DNA of 37,375 bases from a virus (taxonomy: Duplodnaviria > Caudoviricetes): the IMG/VR virus record IMGVR_UViG_3300012943_000687, positions 1 to 37,375 of that record; one strand, given 5' to 3'. Shown here in pieces: positions 26,820-35,990 of this stretch. Numbering within the stretch: the first letter of the stretch is position 1; each line of letters begins with the position of its first letter. The notes below the pieces were generated by a model that worked only from the letters and a program-made list of their open reading frames with translations, did not search any database and was not told the DNA's origin. A program made the position numbers and the translations under genes.

Positions 26820-27427
26820 GTTGTTTGCTCCTCGTTTAATTCTGCTATACGTTTGCCTTGTTTAATTTTGATTGCAACTAGTGTTCGCATCGGCCCTTTT
26901 AATTCGTCTGGTAATTCGCTGACTTTGTGCCGGTTGAACTGTGCAAGCATTCCCCTTGAAACTAAATCTAAATTATCAATTAAACAATTTTCTCGGTTGC
27001 CATCTTTAAAAATTACAGCCATGCCACTGGGGATTTTTCCTTTTTCTGATTCCCACACCAAGCGGTGTTTAAACTCCCAAACATTAGGCTCTGCAATTTT
27101 TACTCTAATGAAATCGTCTTTGGTGAAACGCTCTGAACCAATGGGGCACCAATTGTGTGGTTTGTTACCTTTTCGGAAGCTAGTTGCGCTTCCTGTTAGC
27201 ACACCTTTTTTCCCAGTGTTCCAGGGCTTTGATCCGTTCGTAAAACGCCCCGTCCTGCCTGACTGTATTTTGTAACGCTTACAGGTTGAGTTTATTTGCG
27301 TTTGGGTTAAATTCGTTTCAAATTTTATATTGAACTTTTCAACCAGTATTTTAATGCTGTACAGCCTGAAGTTTTCTCTCAAAAAATTAAGGTGCCTTTC
27401 TTCGTATTTAAAAAATGGTTTTTTCAT
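26816..27427 (-). CDS. HNH endonuclease-family protein
   Basis: KHRLVWE...G.IP.GM.V.FKDGN..NC.IDNL and PWN.GKKG motifs. Confidence 0.85.
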   Translation of the reverse strand: MKKPFFKYEERHLNFLRENFRLYSIKILVEKFNIKFETNLTQTQINSTCKRYKIQSGRTGRFTNGSKPWNTGKKGVLTGSATSFRKGNKPHNWCPIGSERFTKDDFIRVKIAEPNVWEFKHRLVWESEKGKIPSGMAVIFKDGNRENCLIDNLDLVSRGMLAQFNRHKVSELPDELKGPMRTLVAIKIKQGKRIAELNEEQTT

Positions 27428-27684
27428 TACGATTCACCCATGCCTTTTGCTTCTTTGTATTCCAGCGTTTTAGGTAATTCTTTTACAGTGCCCTCACCAA
27501 CAAGTCTTTTTGCTTCAAGCAATAAGCTTGCATTACTGATGATCTGTGAAGCTGTTGCAGTAAATGCTTTTGACCGCTCTATTTCTTGCTTAAGTGCATC
27601 ACCTGCTAAATTTTCATCATTCAATCTCTCTAGCTGTATAAAAAGATAATTATTTAAATCCCCGAGACTGTTTTTCATAATCAA
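27427..27684 (-). CDS. conserved phage protein typically paired with the HNH gene
   Basis: KNSL.DLNNYLF.QLERL.DE....LK.EIERSKA motif. Confidence 0.75.
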   Translation of the reverse strand: MIMKNSLGDLNNYLFIQLERLNDENLAGDALKQEIERSKAFTATASQIISNASLLLEAKRLVGEGTVKELPKTLEYKEAKGMGES

Positions 27685-27687
27685 TAC

Positions 27688-27972
27688 CTATGCAGTGCCT
27701 TGCGGTTTAGCAAAAAGAAGCGAGTTAACAAGTTCACCATTCCCCGCCACAATATTTTCATAAACAACACTCATCACCATTTCTCTGGTGTATTTTGTTT
27801 GGTCTTGAGCCGCGATTAGCTGACCAACCAGGTGTGATGTTATTGCCAGCACTTCCTGCAGGCTAATGTCATTTACAGCATCTACTACCGCCGCCCTTAA
27901 AACCTTGTGAAACTTAGCCTGCGCTTCATTCGGCTGCATTTTCTTCATCATCTTTATTCTCCTGAACATCAA
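27688..27972 (-). CDS. hypothetical phage protein
   Basis: ORF in the early operon (exact start uncertain). Confidence 0.6.
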   Translation of the reverse strand: MMFRRIKMMKKMQPNEAQAKFHKVLRAAVVDAVNDISLQEVLAITSHLVGQLIAAQDQTKYTREMVMSVVYENIVAGNGELVNSLLFAKPQGTA

Positions 27973-28171
27973 TTAAACATTTCACGTTTACTTGCAAAGC
28001 TGATGCAATTTTTATCAGCGTTAAATAACTTGGGTTTCCGGTGCCTCGCTCAATACGTGACACGAATGTAACGTCTATATCAGCACTGAATGCTAATTCT
28101 TCTTGCGAGATTTTTTTGTCATTGCGCAAGGCTTTAATTTTTTTGCCGAGTGCAAGTAAAAAAGGTTGCAT
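27926..28171 (-). CDS. XRE-family HTH transcriptional regulator
   Basis: LGKKIKALR....SQEELA......FVSRIERG..NPS..TL.KIA.AL. Confidence 0.9.
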   Translation of the reverse strand: MQPFLLALGKKIKALRNDKKISQEELAFSADIDVTFVSRIERGTGNPSYLTLIKIASALQVNVKCLIDVQENKDDEENAAE

Positions 28172-28176
28172 ATTAA

Positions 28177-28683
28177 TTACCTATTTAATTCCGGTATAAC
28201 TTCTAGCTCGCTCATATAACAGAATGCAATTTTTCCATTTTCAAAATGAACTTGATTTAAACCATTATTGGCACCAACAACATAACCTTTTGTACCTCTC
28301 GGTATTTCAGGGCTTAGAGTTTTTGCCATTTTTATATTTACTATTTCAAGTTGAGGCTCAAGATATTTAAAGCCGCAGATTTCATTGCAGAATTTGAGTC
28401 CGTTACAGTCAAAGTCAGCATCAGATTCACCACACTGCGAACAGTCTTCAGATGTTGCTGGCTTTTTCACCCAATAGTTATACAAACCCATTAACCATGC
28501 AGCGCTGTAGACGAAACACAAAAAGAATATTCCCCACTGTTGGCTTGCCCAGGCTGCGTAGAACCAGAATGGTTGTGATGCGATACCAAACAAGCAGGCA
28601 TATTTTTTTAATGCTTCGTTGGGTTGTTGTGTGAGCCACACAGCAGTTACACCGAAAATGGCAATAAAGAATTGGCTAATCAT
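28177..28683 (-). CDS. membrane protein (N-terminal 3-TM PnuC-like segment + Cys-rich/SH3-like C-terminus)
   Basis: G...QPFW.Y......QWG.F motif and CxxC..C..C..C cluster; start reassigned to ATG 28683. Confidence 0.55.
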   Translation of the reverse strand: MISQFFIAIFGVTAVWLTQQPNEALKKYACLFGIASQPFWFYAAWASQQWGIFFLCFVYSAAWLMGLYNYWVKKPATSEDCSQCGESDADFDCNGLKFCNEICGFKYLEPQLEIVNIKMAKTLSPEIPRGTKGYVVGANNGLNQVHFENGKIAFCYMSELEVIPELNR

Positions 28684-29008
28684 TTTTTGTTTGATCCTTT
28701 TTTCTTGAACGGCGTGGTTTTTTTGGTTTCGGAACATAATCTTCAAAAACAGTTTTTGGAAATTCAACGCCGACAGGTTTTTCCTCGGATTTTATTCGTT
28801 GCTTTAATTCATCCATAAAACCTTTTCCGCCTTTTATTGCTGCAGATTCTGACGGGTAAATTAATTCGCCCAAATACTTGCCACCGCAAACAGGGCGCCA
28901 GCCTGTACCATTATTTGAATTGCCGTTAGTTGCGGTGATTTTTTTACCTTGAATTTCAGCGTAAAAAGATTTTTCGCCAGCGGTTGCTGTTTGATTATTG
29001 TTTTGCAT
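28676..29008 (-). CDS. hypothetical protein
   Basis: ORF coupled to its neighbours; GGAGG RBS. Confidence 0.65.
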   Translation of the reverse strand: MQNNNQTATAGEKSFYAEIQGKKITATNGNSNNGTGWRPVCGGKYLGELIYPSESAAIKGGKGFMDELKQRIKSEEKPVGVEFPKTVFEDYVPKPKKPRRSRKKDQTKND

Positions 29009-29201
29009 TGCGTTTATCCTCCAAAGGAATGTTGTGGGTTTTACAAAAATTAATTAGATCTTCAGGCAATTCGAAGTGAATTGTTATGACTGCCTCGCCC
29101 GAAAAAATTGTTAACGTTGAGACGTCACCAATTTCATTATTAGTAGTAATTCTTGCCCTAATTTCTGGCGCTTCTTGACCAACTGATGAAAAGCTAAACA
29201 T
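28995..29201 (-). CDS. hypothetical protein
   Basis: ORF with GGAGG RBS. Confidence 0.6.
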   Translation of the reverse strand: MFSFSSVGQEAPEIRARITTNNEIGDVSTLTIFSGEAVITIHFELPEDLINFCKTHNIPLEDKRNAKQ

Positions 29202-29210
29202 GTTCGCCTC

Positions 29211-29570
29211 CTAAAATGGAATATCATCGTCAAAATGCCTGACGATTTGATACGTTTGGTTAGTTGATACACCGCCAGCACAACTAAGAACAAAAAAGTT
29301 ACACCCGGGATTTAACCCACTGAGTCTCTGTGCTTCTTTAAGCGCCTTTTCAAATGTTGAATGTCTATAGCTTGGTGGCCTTTGGCCCGATGGACACCAG
29401 ACTAAAAAAAACAATTCAATATTTACAACCGGCGCCGGACTTTCCCTTGTTATTTCTGGATTTATATCAAGACTGCAAATCCAATCACCTATACAAGGAG
29501 AAATTATTTTTGGATTAGCGCATCCAAAACTTGTATCAAAATCTCTTTTCCCGCATTTTTGGCAGATCAT
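29211..29570 (-). CDS. hypothetical protein ending in an SSB-type acidic tail (FDDDIPF)
   Basis: N-terminal CxxC; W.P.G..PP..RH...A..EA.RL...PG..F.VL domain; C-terminus FDDDIPF. Confidence 0.7.
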   Translation of the reverse strand: MICQKCGKRDFDTSFGCANPKIISPCIGDWICSLDINPEITRESPAPVVNIELFFLVWCPSGQRPPSYRHSTFEKALKEAQRLSGLNPGCNFFVLSCAGGVSTNQTYQIVRHFDDDIPF

Positions 29571-29580
29571 GATTTTCTCC

Positions 29581-30012
29581 TTAAATCTTTATGCGAAAGG
29601 TTAATAGCGCAACGGTTTGGTTGAATGCTATTGCCGGTTGGATTTTGAATTTTGTGTAGGCAACACCGCCTTGATAGTAGGGGCATATTTTTTTGTCTGT
29701 GCCTGCATCTTTTTTCTGGTTTTCGCAATTGGTGTAGCCATGCGTTGCACCGGCGGCAAAGAAAAAAGAAAAGTCACCTTTTTCCAGTTCAAAATTTTTG
29801 GTGGCAATGAATGTTGATTCATTGAAACTGTTGGTGAAGTGCCCAACCATGTAGCCTTTGCGTTCATACGCAATCAGGTTGTGGGTTTGGTTGTAGTCTT
29901 TTTTGGTTTTGTCTGGCTGCCCTTCCCAGTGGTGAGACCATGCGCCCAGGTATACATAATCAGCACAAGCAAAAGGGGATAGCATTAATAACAATGCAAT
30001 GAATAATTTCAT
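29581..30012 (-). CDS. secreted small outer-membrane beta-barrel-like protein (PagP-like appearance)
   Basis: Signal peptide; G.WSHH, YN..H..I, G.F.NSF and G...GY motifs; alternating C-terminal strand. Confidence 0.55.
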   Translation of the reverse strand: MKLFIALLLMLSPFACADYVYLGAWSHHWEGQPDKTKKDYNQTHNLIAYERKGYMVGHFTNSFNESTFIATKNFELEKGDFSFFFAAGATHGYTNCENQKKDAGTDKKICPYYQGGVAYTKFKIQPAIAFNQTVALLTFRIKI

Positions 30013-30968
30013 GATGACTCTCCTGATAAAATTAATGATTGAACTAACTCAAATTGTTTGCCGTTTCGCTTCACTTGATTGTTTTCTACCAAGTAATCGA
30101 GTACGCGCTTTGCTGTTGGAAAACCTATTTTTGCGGATGCGATAAAATTGCGGACGCTGATTGGGTTTCCGTAAAAACCCGATAACACTTTTTTTGATAA
30201 CTCCCCTTCCCTTTCTGTTAGTTTTTCGATTTTGCTTTCTGGCTTTTTTGCTGATGTTCTTTGCGTGTTTGTTGGTGCTGCATTTGTTTGTTTTTGTGGT
30301 TGTTCCGCACTGGGTTTGCCCCCCATTCCGCCAAGAGCTAACAAGGCAGAAATTGCGCAAATATCCACAATTACGGCAAGGCCTATAAACGCGCCGTGGC
30401 GAACCGATTCCGGCGAAGCACCCAAAGGTACGGACAAGACAGAGAAAAATGATTGTGCGTTTCCCTGTGGAGTTTCTCGGTAGGTTTTTAATTCGGCCAG
30501 CGCTGTGTTGCGGGTTTCTTCCAGTTCTTTGACTTTTTTGGATGTGTCCAGGGCGCGGGTTCGATAGCTTCCGGCTGCATCTGCAGCAATCAAACTGTTT
30601 AACGTATCGATTTGTTTTTCTATGCTATTTAATTGTTGTTTTTTGGTTTGATATTCAAGCGTGTTTTGTTGCGTTGACTGCGTATGTTGGTTGTATGCGT
30701 TTTCTAAAAACCCAGTCGTGGCAGCAACTGATATGCACAACAACACCATGCCCATCACCAGTAAACCTAACCCGCCAGCGTTGCGCTTTTTAATGTAATA
30801 AACCCCGGCAGGAAAAAATGCATACTTGCAAGCTTCTAATGCCGTGGCGGTTACACCCGCGAGAACTTTTCCAAATATTTCTGTTGGCATGGATATCCAA
30901 AAAAGTACAGCGCTGGATAAGGTGACCATGCAAAGTAGAAACGTTGATATTGCAATTACAATTTTCAT
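30009..30968 (-). CDS. membrane protein with coiled coil and C-terminal winged-helix-like domain
   Basis: 3 TM + coiled coil + TM + SVR......IGF.TAKRVLD.L; start reassigned to ATG 30968. Confidence 0.65.
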   Translation of the reverse strand: MKIVIAISTFLLCMVTLSSAVLFWISMPTEIFGKVLAGVTATALEACKYAFFPAGVYYIKKRNAGGLGLLVMGMVLLCISVAATTGFLENAYNQHTQSTQQNTLEYQTKKQQLNSIEKQIDTLNSLIAADAAGSYRTRALDTSKKVKELEETRNTALAELKTYRETPQGNAQSFFSVLSVPLGASPESVRHGAFIGLAVIVDICAISALLALGGMGGKPSAEQPQKQTNAAPTNTQRTSAKKPESKIEKLTEREGELSKKVLSGFYGNPISVRNFIASAKIGFPTAKRVLDYLVENNQVKRNGKQFELVQSLILSGESS

Positions 30969-30978
30969 GATTGATTCC

Positions 30979-31290
30979 TTAACAGTACATATTTTCGTAT
31001 TGGATATTTTCCGCAGAAATTCGCGCATAGGATTCCCCGTGCGGATAGGGCCACAGTTTATAATCTGATCCCCACCCCTCTCTCATTGCCCTATTGAATA
31101 ACTGATCCAATCTTTTGATTCGGCTTAACGCTGCTTGTTTTTCATTTTCTGTTGGCCCAACCAATCGTTTTAAATCATTCAGATCATCGATTGTTTTTGC
31201 CTGCCGTATTCTTTCGATTACCACAGCAAATTGTTCGAGCGCTTTTACCGTTGCGTCTTTTATTGATTTTTCAACCTGTACGCTATTCAC
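30979..31290 (-). CDS. hypothetical protein
   Basis: ORF in the early operon; GTG start coupled to the previous gene. Confidence 0.55.
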   Translation of the reverse strand: MNSVQVEKSIKDATVKALEQFAVVIERIRQAKTIDDLNDLKRLVGPTENEKQAALSRIKRLDQLFNRAMREGWGSDYKLWPYPHGESYARISAENIQYENMYC

Positions 31291-31531
31291 TTTTATTCTC
31301 CTTCTCTTCAGTTAAAAATTCTGATTTGTTTATTTCGTTGCCCCAAAGAATTCCTAGTATCAGGAACATCAAGGCCGCTAGTGTTACCACCGCGATCAAT
31401 AAATCGTTATCGAGTTTTGAAAGCTGATACACAGCAAAACCCCATGAACAAATTCCAAAAACAATAAACAGAAATATCCAGCGAAAGCTTTTTGTTGAAA
31501 CTATTACCTCATTTTCGTTTTTCGTTTTCAT
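31283..31531 (-). CDS. small 2-TM membrane protein
   Basis: Two hydrophobic helices; AGGTG RBS. Confidence 0.65.
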   Translation of the reverse strand: MKTKNENEVIVSTKSFRWIFLFIVFGICSWGFAVYQLSKLDNDLLIAVVTLAALMFLILGILWGNEINKSEFLTEEKENKSE

Positions 31532-31541
31532 GTTGCACCTG

Positions 31542-31976
31542 TTAACGTTTGAAAAATGAATTCATGGTTGATTGTGCGTGAGAGAGTTCATGTATCGCCT
31601 CTTCTCTCACTTGATGCCCCAAGTCCGTCATCAAACAATTACGCGCAAGTTTTATCGCTGTGCGGATTTGATGAATTTGGTTTTCTTTCAGCGTGATAGT
31701 GCTGCGCCGAATTTCTTCTTTGTGTGGCACTTGTGGCGCTTTTGCTAATGCAGTAATGGATTCGTTATTGCTTAAATCTATTCCTATGAAAGCGGGTTCT
31801 ACATTTGTGTTTTGCATTTCGTCTTCCTGTTCGTGAGCTATGATTGAATTTTTTAACGCCACAAATAATGGCTCGCATTTTTTTACAGATTCCCAAGAGT
31901 GATACAGATTTACTTCGGGAGTTTTTTCGTAAACGGTTTTCACTTCATCGTCGGTAATGCTTGCAAAGTTACGCAT
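31542..31976 (-). CDS. hypothetical protein
   Basis: Start reassigned to ATG 31976 (GGAGGTG RBS), overlapping the stop of 31969..32178. Confidence 0.6.
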   Translation of the reverse strand: MRNFASITDDEVKTVYEKTPEVNLYHSWESVKKCEPLFVALKNSIIAHEQEDEMQNTNVEPAFIGIDLSNNESITALAKAPQVPHKEEIRRSTITLKENQIHQIRTAIKLARNCLMTDLGHQVREEAIHELSHAQSTMNSFFKR

Positions 31977-32178
31977 GTTCACCTCCATCTGTTGCTTGAA
32001 TAATTTTTTGGGCGATAAATGACGAAAGAACGTTATTACTTCGAAGCAACCTTGCAGCCTCTTCAAAATCACAAGATCCATGTACCCCTGTGCTTCTGAT
32101 AACCGCATCAAATTTTTTTCTATCTTCACGTAGCTGTTCAATTGCTACTACTGTTGAATCATCAATTTCAATTTTCAT
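31969..32178 (-). CDS. hypothetical protein
   Basis: ORF with GGGGTG RBS, tightly packed in the operon. Confidence 0.6.
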   Translation of the reverse strand: MKIEIDDSTVVAIEQLREDRKKFDAVIRSTGVHGSCDFEEAARLLRSNNVLSSFIAQKIIQATDGGEHA

Positions 32179-32181
32179 AAA

Positions 32182-32523
32182 TCACCCCATGAAAGTTTTG
32201 TGTTGGATTTGTCGATGCTTTTTTATTTCAGTGCGCATGATGTTCAACTGCTCGCGCATTTCAGCTTCAGCTTGTTGGGATAACAGGTGCAGGTTTTCTT
32301 CAATTTGAAGTCGGTTTAAATAGGTGAGCCACCACCAGGCCTCACAGCGCAGTAGTCGAAGCTTGAAATCTTTGTCATTTCTGATTTTTGAATTCTTCGC
32401 AATAAGATCTTTGCGGCATTCGGCCGTCATGGTTGTGTACATGTGCCAGGCCATGCAGTCCTGACGAAAGTCAGCGCTGTTTTGATCCTTCGGATCGAGG
32501 ATAAAGTGGGGTTTATTGGACAT
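32182..32523 (-). CDS. hypothetical protein
   Basis: ORF with AGGGGGG RBS, immediately after the iteron cluster. Confidence 0.65.
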   Translation of the reverse strand: MSNKPHFILDPKDQNSADFRQDCMAWHMYTTMTAECRKDLIAKNSKIRNDKDFKLRLLRCEAWWWLTYLNRLQIEENLHLLSQQAEAEMREQLNIMRTEIKKHRQIQHKTFMG

Positions 32524-32570
32524 TAGATGGCCCCCCTTTCTGACACTTTTCTGGGGTGACCCTTTTTAAC

Positions 32571-32801
32571 TGGCAACAGCGGCAACATTGGCAACAAGCC
32601 CCCGCAAAGCCTGTAATTGCAAGGGATACAAGCCTTAAAAATGTTGCCAGTGGACTGGAACATTTGTGGATTACTGGCAACATTTTTGTTGCCAGATGTT
32701 GCCAGCTTGTTGCCGCAATTGTTGCCACTCTGAAATAGAGATAAAGCTATGATATTTAAAGACATTTTTATAAACTCCTTCACTTGTTGCCATTGTTGCC
32801 A
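32571..32801. repeat. iteron cluster, putative replication origin
   Basis: 11 copies of GGCAACA (4 forward, 7 reverse; mostly TGGCAACA) in ~230 bp directly downstream of the primase-helicase gene. Confidence 0.8.
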
Positions 32802-32865
32802 GTTTTTTTACAGTGACCTGCTTTTTTTGCTGCACTCTTGGCTGGATCAAAAAAACACTTAAAAT

Positions 32866-35547
32866 TCAATTGGTTACGTTTGTTGATGGTTTAGCGAACA
32901 GCCAGCACCTAACCGGTGCTTGTTTCTCGTGTCTGGATCTCACTCTTTTTTGCCCTAAATACTTGTAGTGCTGGCTCTCAGGCAGAACATGTTTAAGGTC
33001 ATTGATCGATATTTTTTCTTGGTTTCTTTTGCAGCTCTGCTCAAAAAATTCATTGAGATTGATTGCAATGACGTGGTCTTGAATCGAATGGTTTAACTTG
33101 TCCGTGACCCGTTGTTGGTATCCGTTTTCTTCTTTCATGTAGGTAAATTGATCATTGATCCAGTGATAGGTCTCCCAGAATTGCTGCACCAGTGGATGCT
33201 CTGCTTTCAAACGGATATCGCGATCAATTGCCCTGGCTTCGAGGTGTTTTAATGCGCGCTCTATTTCATCCGCTTTAATATTTTTAAAAAGAACTGTTAA
33301 TGCATCGACACCGGCCATGACTTGCGCGTGATTGTCGATAACGCGTTGGCTTTTTATTTCCGGATTTTTTGTAAGCCTGTCTCGGTGTTTTGTATAAGCC
33401 GCAAAAAATGCATCTAAATAAACTTTTTCATGTGTAAGCGCGTGATGTAAATAGCCGCATAGGTCTTCTACATCCATGCTTTTTAATTTGTCTGCAATAG
33501 CGCGGTTTTCAATGCGTTTATGTTCAATGGTGCAATGCAAGTGAACTATGCGGCTGAGTATTGCCGGTGATGCCGACACAGTGGCGTTTTGGCTGATAAC
33601 CAATGAACCGCGAAAAATTAAATCATTGGTTTGGTTGTCGTTAGTTTTTACACCGCGTGAACCAATAGTGCCGTTCAAATCACTGATTTTTTTGTAGCGC
33701 TCCCAATCGATTCCGGATTGGTTGCGGCCACCCTTTGCATTACCCACCACTTCTTTGTCGCTTTCCAAAAATACAATGGGCATGTTTGACACTTGCGATA
33801 ATGTTCGAGCTTCGGCTGATACGCTGAGAGAGTTAATATCGACGCCCTCATAATTAACGCGGCCAAGCAGCTTCCATAAAAACCGGATCAAAGTTGATTT
33901 ACCCGCTTCTTTTTCGCCGGTGACTTCCAGAAACGTTAAATTCTGATGAGATTTTTTTATTTGCTGTGCGAAGAGTGACAGCGTGAAAAAAGACAAACCG
34001 GCCAATCCATTCAAATCAAACACTTTTATAAAGTCTGGCATCCAAGAGGGATCAAATTTTGTGGTGTGAATGAAATCAATATTCAGTGTTGTTTTAATTG
34101 AGCAGTTACGAAAGTGAATGTACCCATGGTTATTTATTTTTACGCATTGGCTATGCTGGTACCCGACTTGCGGGAATACATAACTTTGGCTGTTTTCTTC
34201 GTAGCCAATAAAGGGAATTGTTTCCACCGTGTAGATTCGTTGCGCCGCCCAACGTTGCGTTAACCAATCCAGATCCCGTGAACAGCCTTTGAAGTAACCA
34301 AAGTTTGTTTGGTTTAGCAATGCAGTAGAAATTGCCTTTGCATCACCCAGATTGGAGGGGCTGAAACCAACCAGGAATGGGTCGCGCTGGCTTGGCATTG
34401 ATACATCAAAAAGATATTTTCTTTCTTCTGTGAACTTGTCTTTTTCAATGTGCAGAAATTTCAAATCACAATTTGCAATGTGCATGATAGTGATTGAATT
34501 GACAAAAATATCGTGATGATCGTTTTGATCAAATTCAATTTTTGAGCCATCAAGTTCTTTGCTTAATTTTTCTGTGTTTACTCTGACTGAGTAAGTTTCA
34601 CGTGAAAAAGTTAGCACTGAAAACGTGAAGTGTTTCCAGCAGTAAAGAGAGAAAGCTTTTTTCTTGATTGATGTGGCGGAAAGTAAACGGCCACGCCAAA
34701 CGCAGTCTGACAAATAGTCTTCGTTTAATTTGTCTTCGCGGTAGAGGTCGTCCCAATCACATTCTGATGAGTGCGGTAAAATAATTGCGCACTGCTCATT
34801 CAGTTTATTGATTTCACGCAGGAATTTTAGCGCTGAATCTTCGCCTGCTTTTCCCGCGTCATACGCTAAGCACCAGGTTACATCTTTATTCAAATTGCTT
34901 TTGATTAATTCCTTTGGCAGATTGTTGGAACTGAATGCAGCAACTGCTTTGTAACCTGCTAATGAAAACGCGATAGCATGAAAAATTCCTTCAACGATAT
35001 AAACAGAATCACCTGCCTCAATCTTTTGCCCCGGAGGTTGCCAGCATTTGTCCCGGTAACTGATTCCAAATTTAAAATCGGCTTTGTTCGGTTTACCGTT
35101 TTTTAAGTTGTCGCGAATGTCTTTGGTGTTTATTAATCGATCCCACCAGAAGCCATCCCACAATATAAAGCGAACAGTTTCAGCCGCACGACCGTTAGAC
35201 AACCTGAGGGTGCCTTGCTCAAACCAGTTGCCAACGTGTTGCAATGGAAACCCGCGCACCATAGACATATAGGCCTTGGCCGTTGCGTGTGGATCGTGAT
35301 CGGTTGCGGGATATTTCTCGCCAAGGTTTTCCCACAAATAGCTGTAACGCTCCCTCGTGGATTCTGCATAGCCACAGTTGTTATTCCTGGAACACTTCAG
35401 TTGGTAGGGTTTTTCTGTGCTGATGAATAGCTCAGTTTCCCCACATTTTGGGCAAATGCCGCCGCTGTAAAAGCGCCCTTTGATACTTTTGAATCTCAGC
35501 GCCTGATCGTTTTTCAGCGCTTCAAGGATTTGGTCTTCAACATTCAT
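32866..35547 (-). CDS. Zn-finger/Toprim primase-P-loop helicase replication protein
   Basis: CPKCG..C.R..CG zinc finger, IVEGIFHA...LAYDAG.AG...DWDDL Toprim, and GEKEAGKST Walker A. Confidence 0.88.
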   Translation of the reverse strand: MNVEDQILEALKNDQALRFKSIKGRFYSGGICPKCGETELFISTEKPYQLKCSRNNNCGYAESTRERYSYLWENLGEKYPATDHDPHATAKAYMSMVRGFPLQHVGNWFEQGTLRLSNGRAAETVRFILWDGFWWDRLINTKDIRDNLKNGKPNKADFKFGISYRDKCWQPPGQKIEAGDSVYIVEGIFHAIAFSLAGYKAVAAFSSNNLPKELIKSNLNKDVTWCLAYDAGKAGEDSALKFLREINKLNEQCAIILPHSSECDWDDLYREDKLNEDYLSDCVWRGRLLSATSIKKKAFSLYCWKHFTFSVLTFSRETYSVRVNTEKLSKELDGSKIEFDQNDHHDIFVNSITIMHIANCDLKFLHIEKDKFTEERKYLFDVSMPSQRDPFLVGFSPSNLGDAKAISTALLNQTNFGYFKGCSRDLDWLTQRWAAQRIYTVETIPFIGYEENSQSYVFPQVGYQHSQCVKINNHGYIHFRNCSIKTTLNIDFIHTTKFDPSWMPDFIKVFDLNGLAGLSFFTLSLFAQQIKKSHQNLTFLEVTGEKEAGKSTLIRFLWKLLGRVNYEGVDINSLSVSAEARTLSQVSNMPIVFLESDKEVVGNAKGGRNQSGIDWERYKKISDLNGTIGSRGVKTNDNQTNDLIFRGSLVISQNATVSASPAILSRIVHLHCTIEHKRIENRAIADKLKSMDVEDLCGYLHHALTHEKVYLDAFFAAYTKHRDRLTKNPEIKSQRVIDNHAQVMAGVDALTVLFKNIKADEIERALKHLEARAIDRDIRLKAEHPLVQQFWETYHWINDQFTYMKEENGYQQRVTDKLNHSIQDHVIAINLNEFFEQSCKRNQEKISINDLKHVLPESQHYKYLGQKRVRSRHEKQAPVRCWLFAKPSTNVTN

Positions 35548-35567
35548 TGCTTAGCCGCCTGTGCCAA

Positions 35568-35786
35568 TTATTGTTCTTGGGTTTGTTCAGGACTGATGGT
35601 TATTCCGGCTTCTCTGAGGCAGTCGGCAGTAATTGCAGCTACATTGACCAATCGGCGTTTGCCGTATTTCTTGGAGGGAAGTTGATTGCGTTCGATCATT
35701 CCCCGAATCACATCCGGTTCCAGGCCTACACGCTTGGCAAATTGTTCTTGGGTTAAAACGGGGCTATCGATAGAGAGTATGGACAT
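35568..35786 (-). CDS. cox: Cox/excisionase-like DNA-binding protein
   Basis: 72 aa winged helix (FA.RVGL....IRGMI....LP..K.GKRRLVN); first gene of the early operon, divergent from the repressor. Confidence 0.65.
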   Translation of the reverse strand: MSILSIDSPVLTQEQFAKRVGLEPDVIRGMIERNQLPSKKYGKRRLVNVAAITADCLREAGITISPEQTQEQ

Positions 35787-35796
35787 AGAGCCTCAC

Positions 35797-35917
35797 ATTA
35801 TTGGAAGTATTGTTTAATTGATTAGAAATATTTACCAATCGATTAGATTATTAATCCAATAATACGGGTGTGTCAAGGGTGTTTTTGGGAAATAGTGCAA
35901 AATTAAGGGAAATAGTG
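35797..35917. promoter_or_regulatory. lysis/lysogeny switch region
   Basis: Leftward TTGACA(35876-35871)-N18-AATAAT; inverted ATTATTGGA/TCCAATAAT (35797, 35855); direct repeat GGGAAATAGTG at 35887 and 35907. Confidence 0.55.
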
Positions 35918-35990
35918 GACAACCAAGCTGGACTTATTGCCAAGTCTCATATTCAATTGGAACAAGTTATTTGTTTATGAGAGCTAGAAA

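Noticed and set aside
32513-32783. ORFs 32513..32728, 32523..32783 and 32556..32738
   Set aside because: Their repetitive translations are by-products of the GGCAACA iterons; the region is better explained as non-coding origin.
32571-32801. Repeat cluster as a CRISPR array
   Set aside because: Repeats are 7-8 bp, in both orientations and irregularly spaced.
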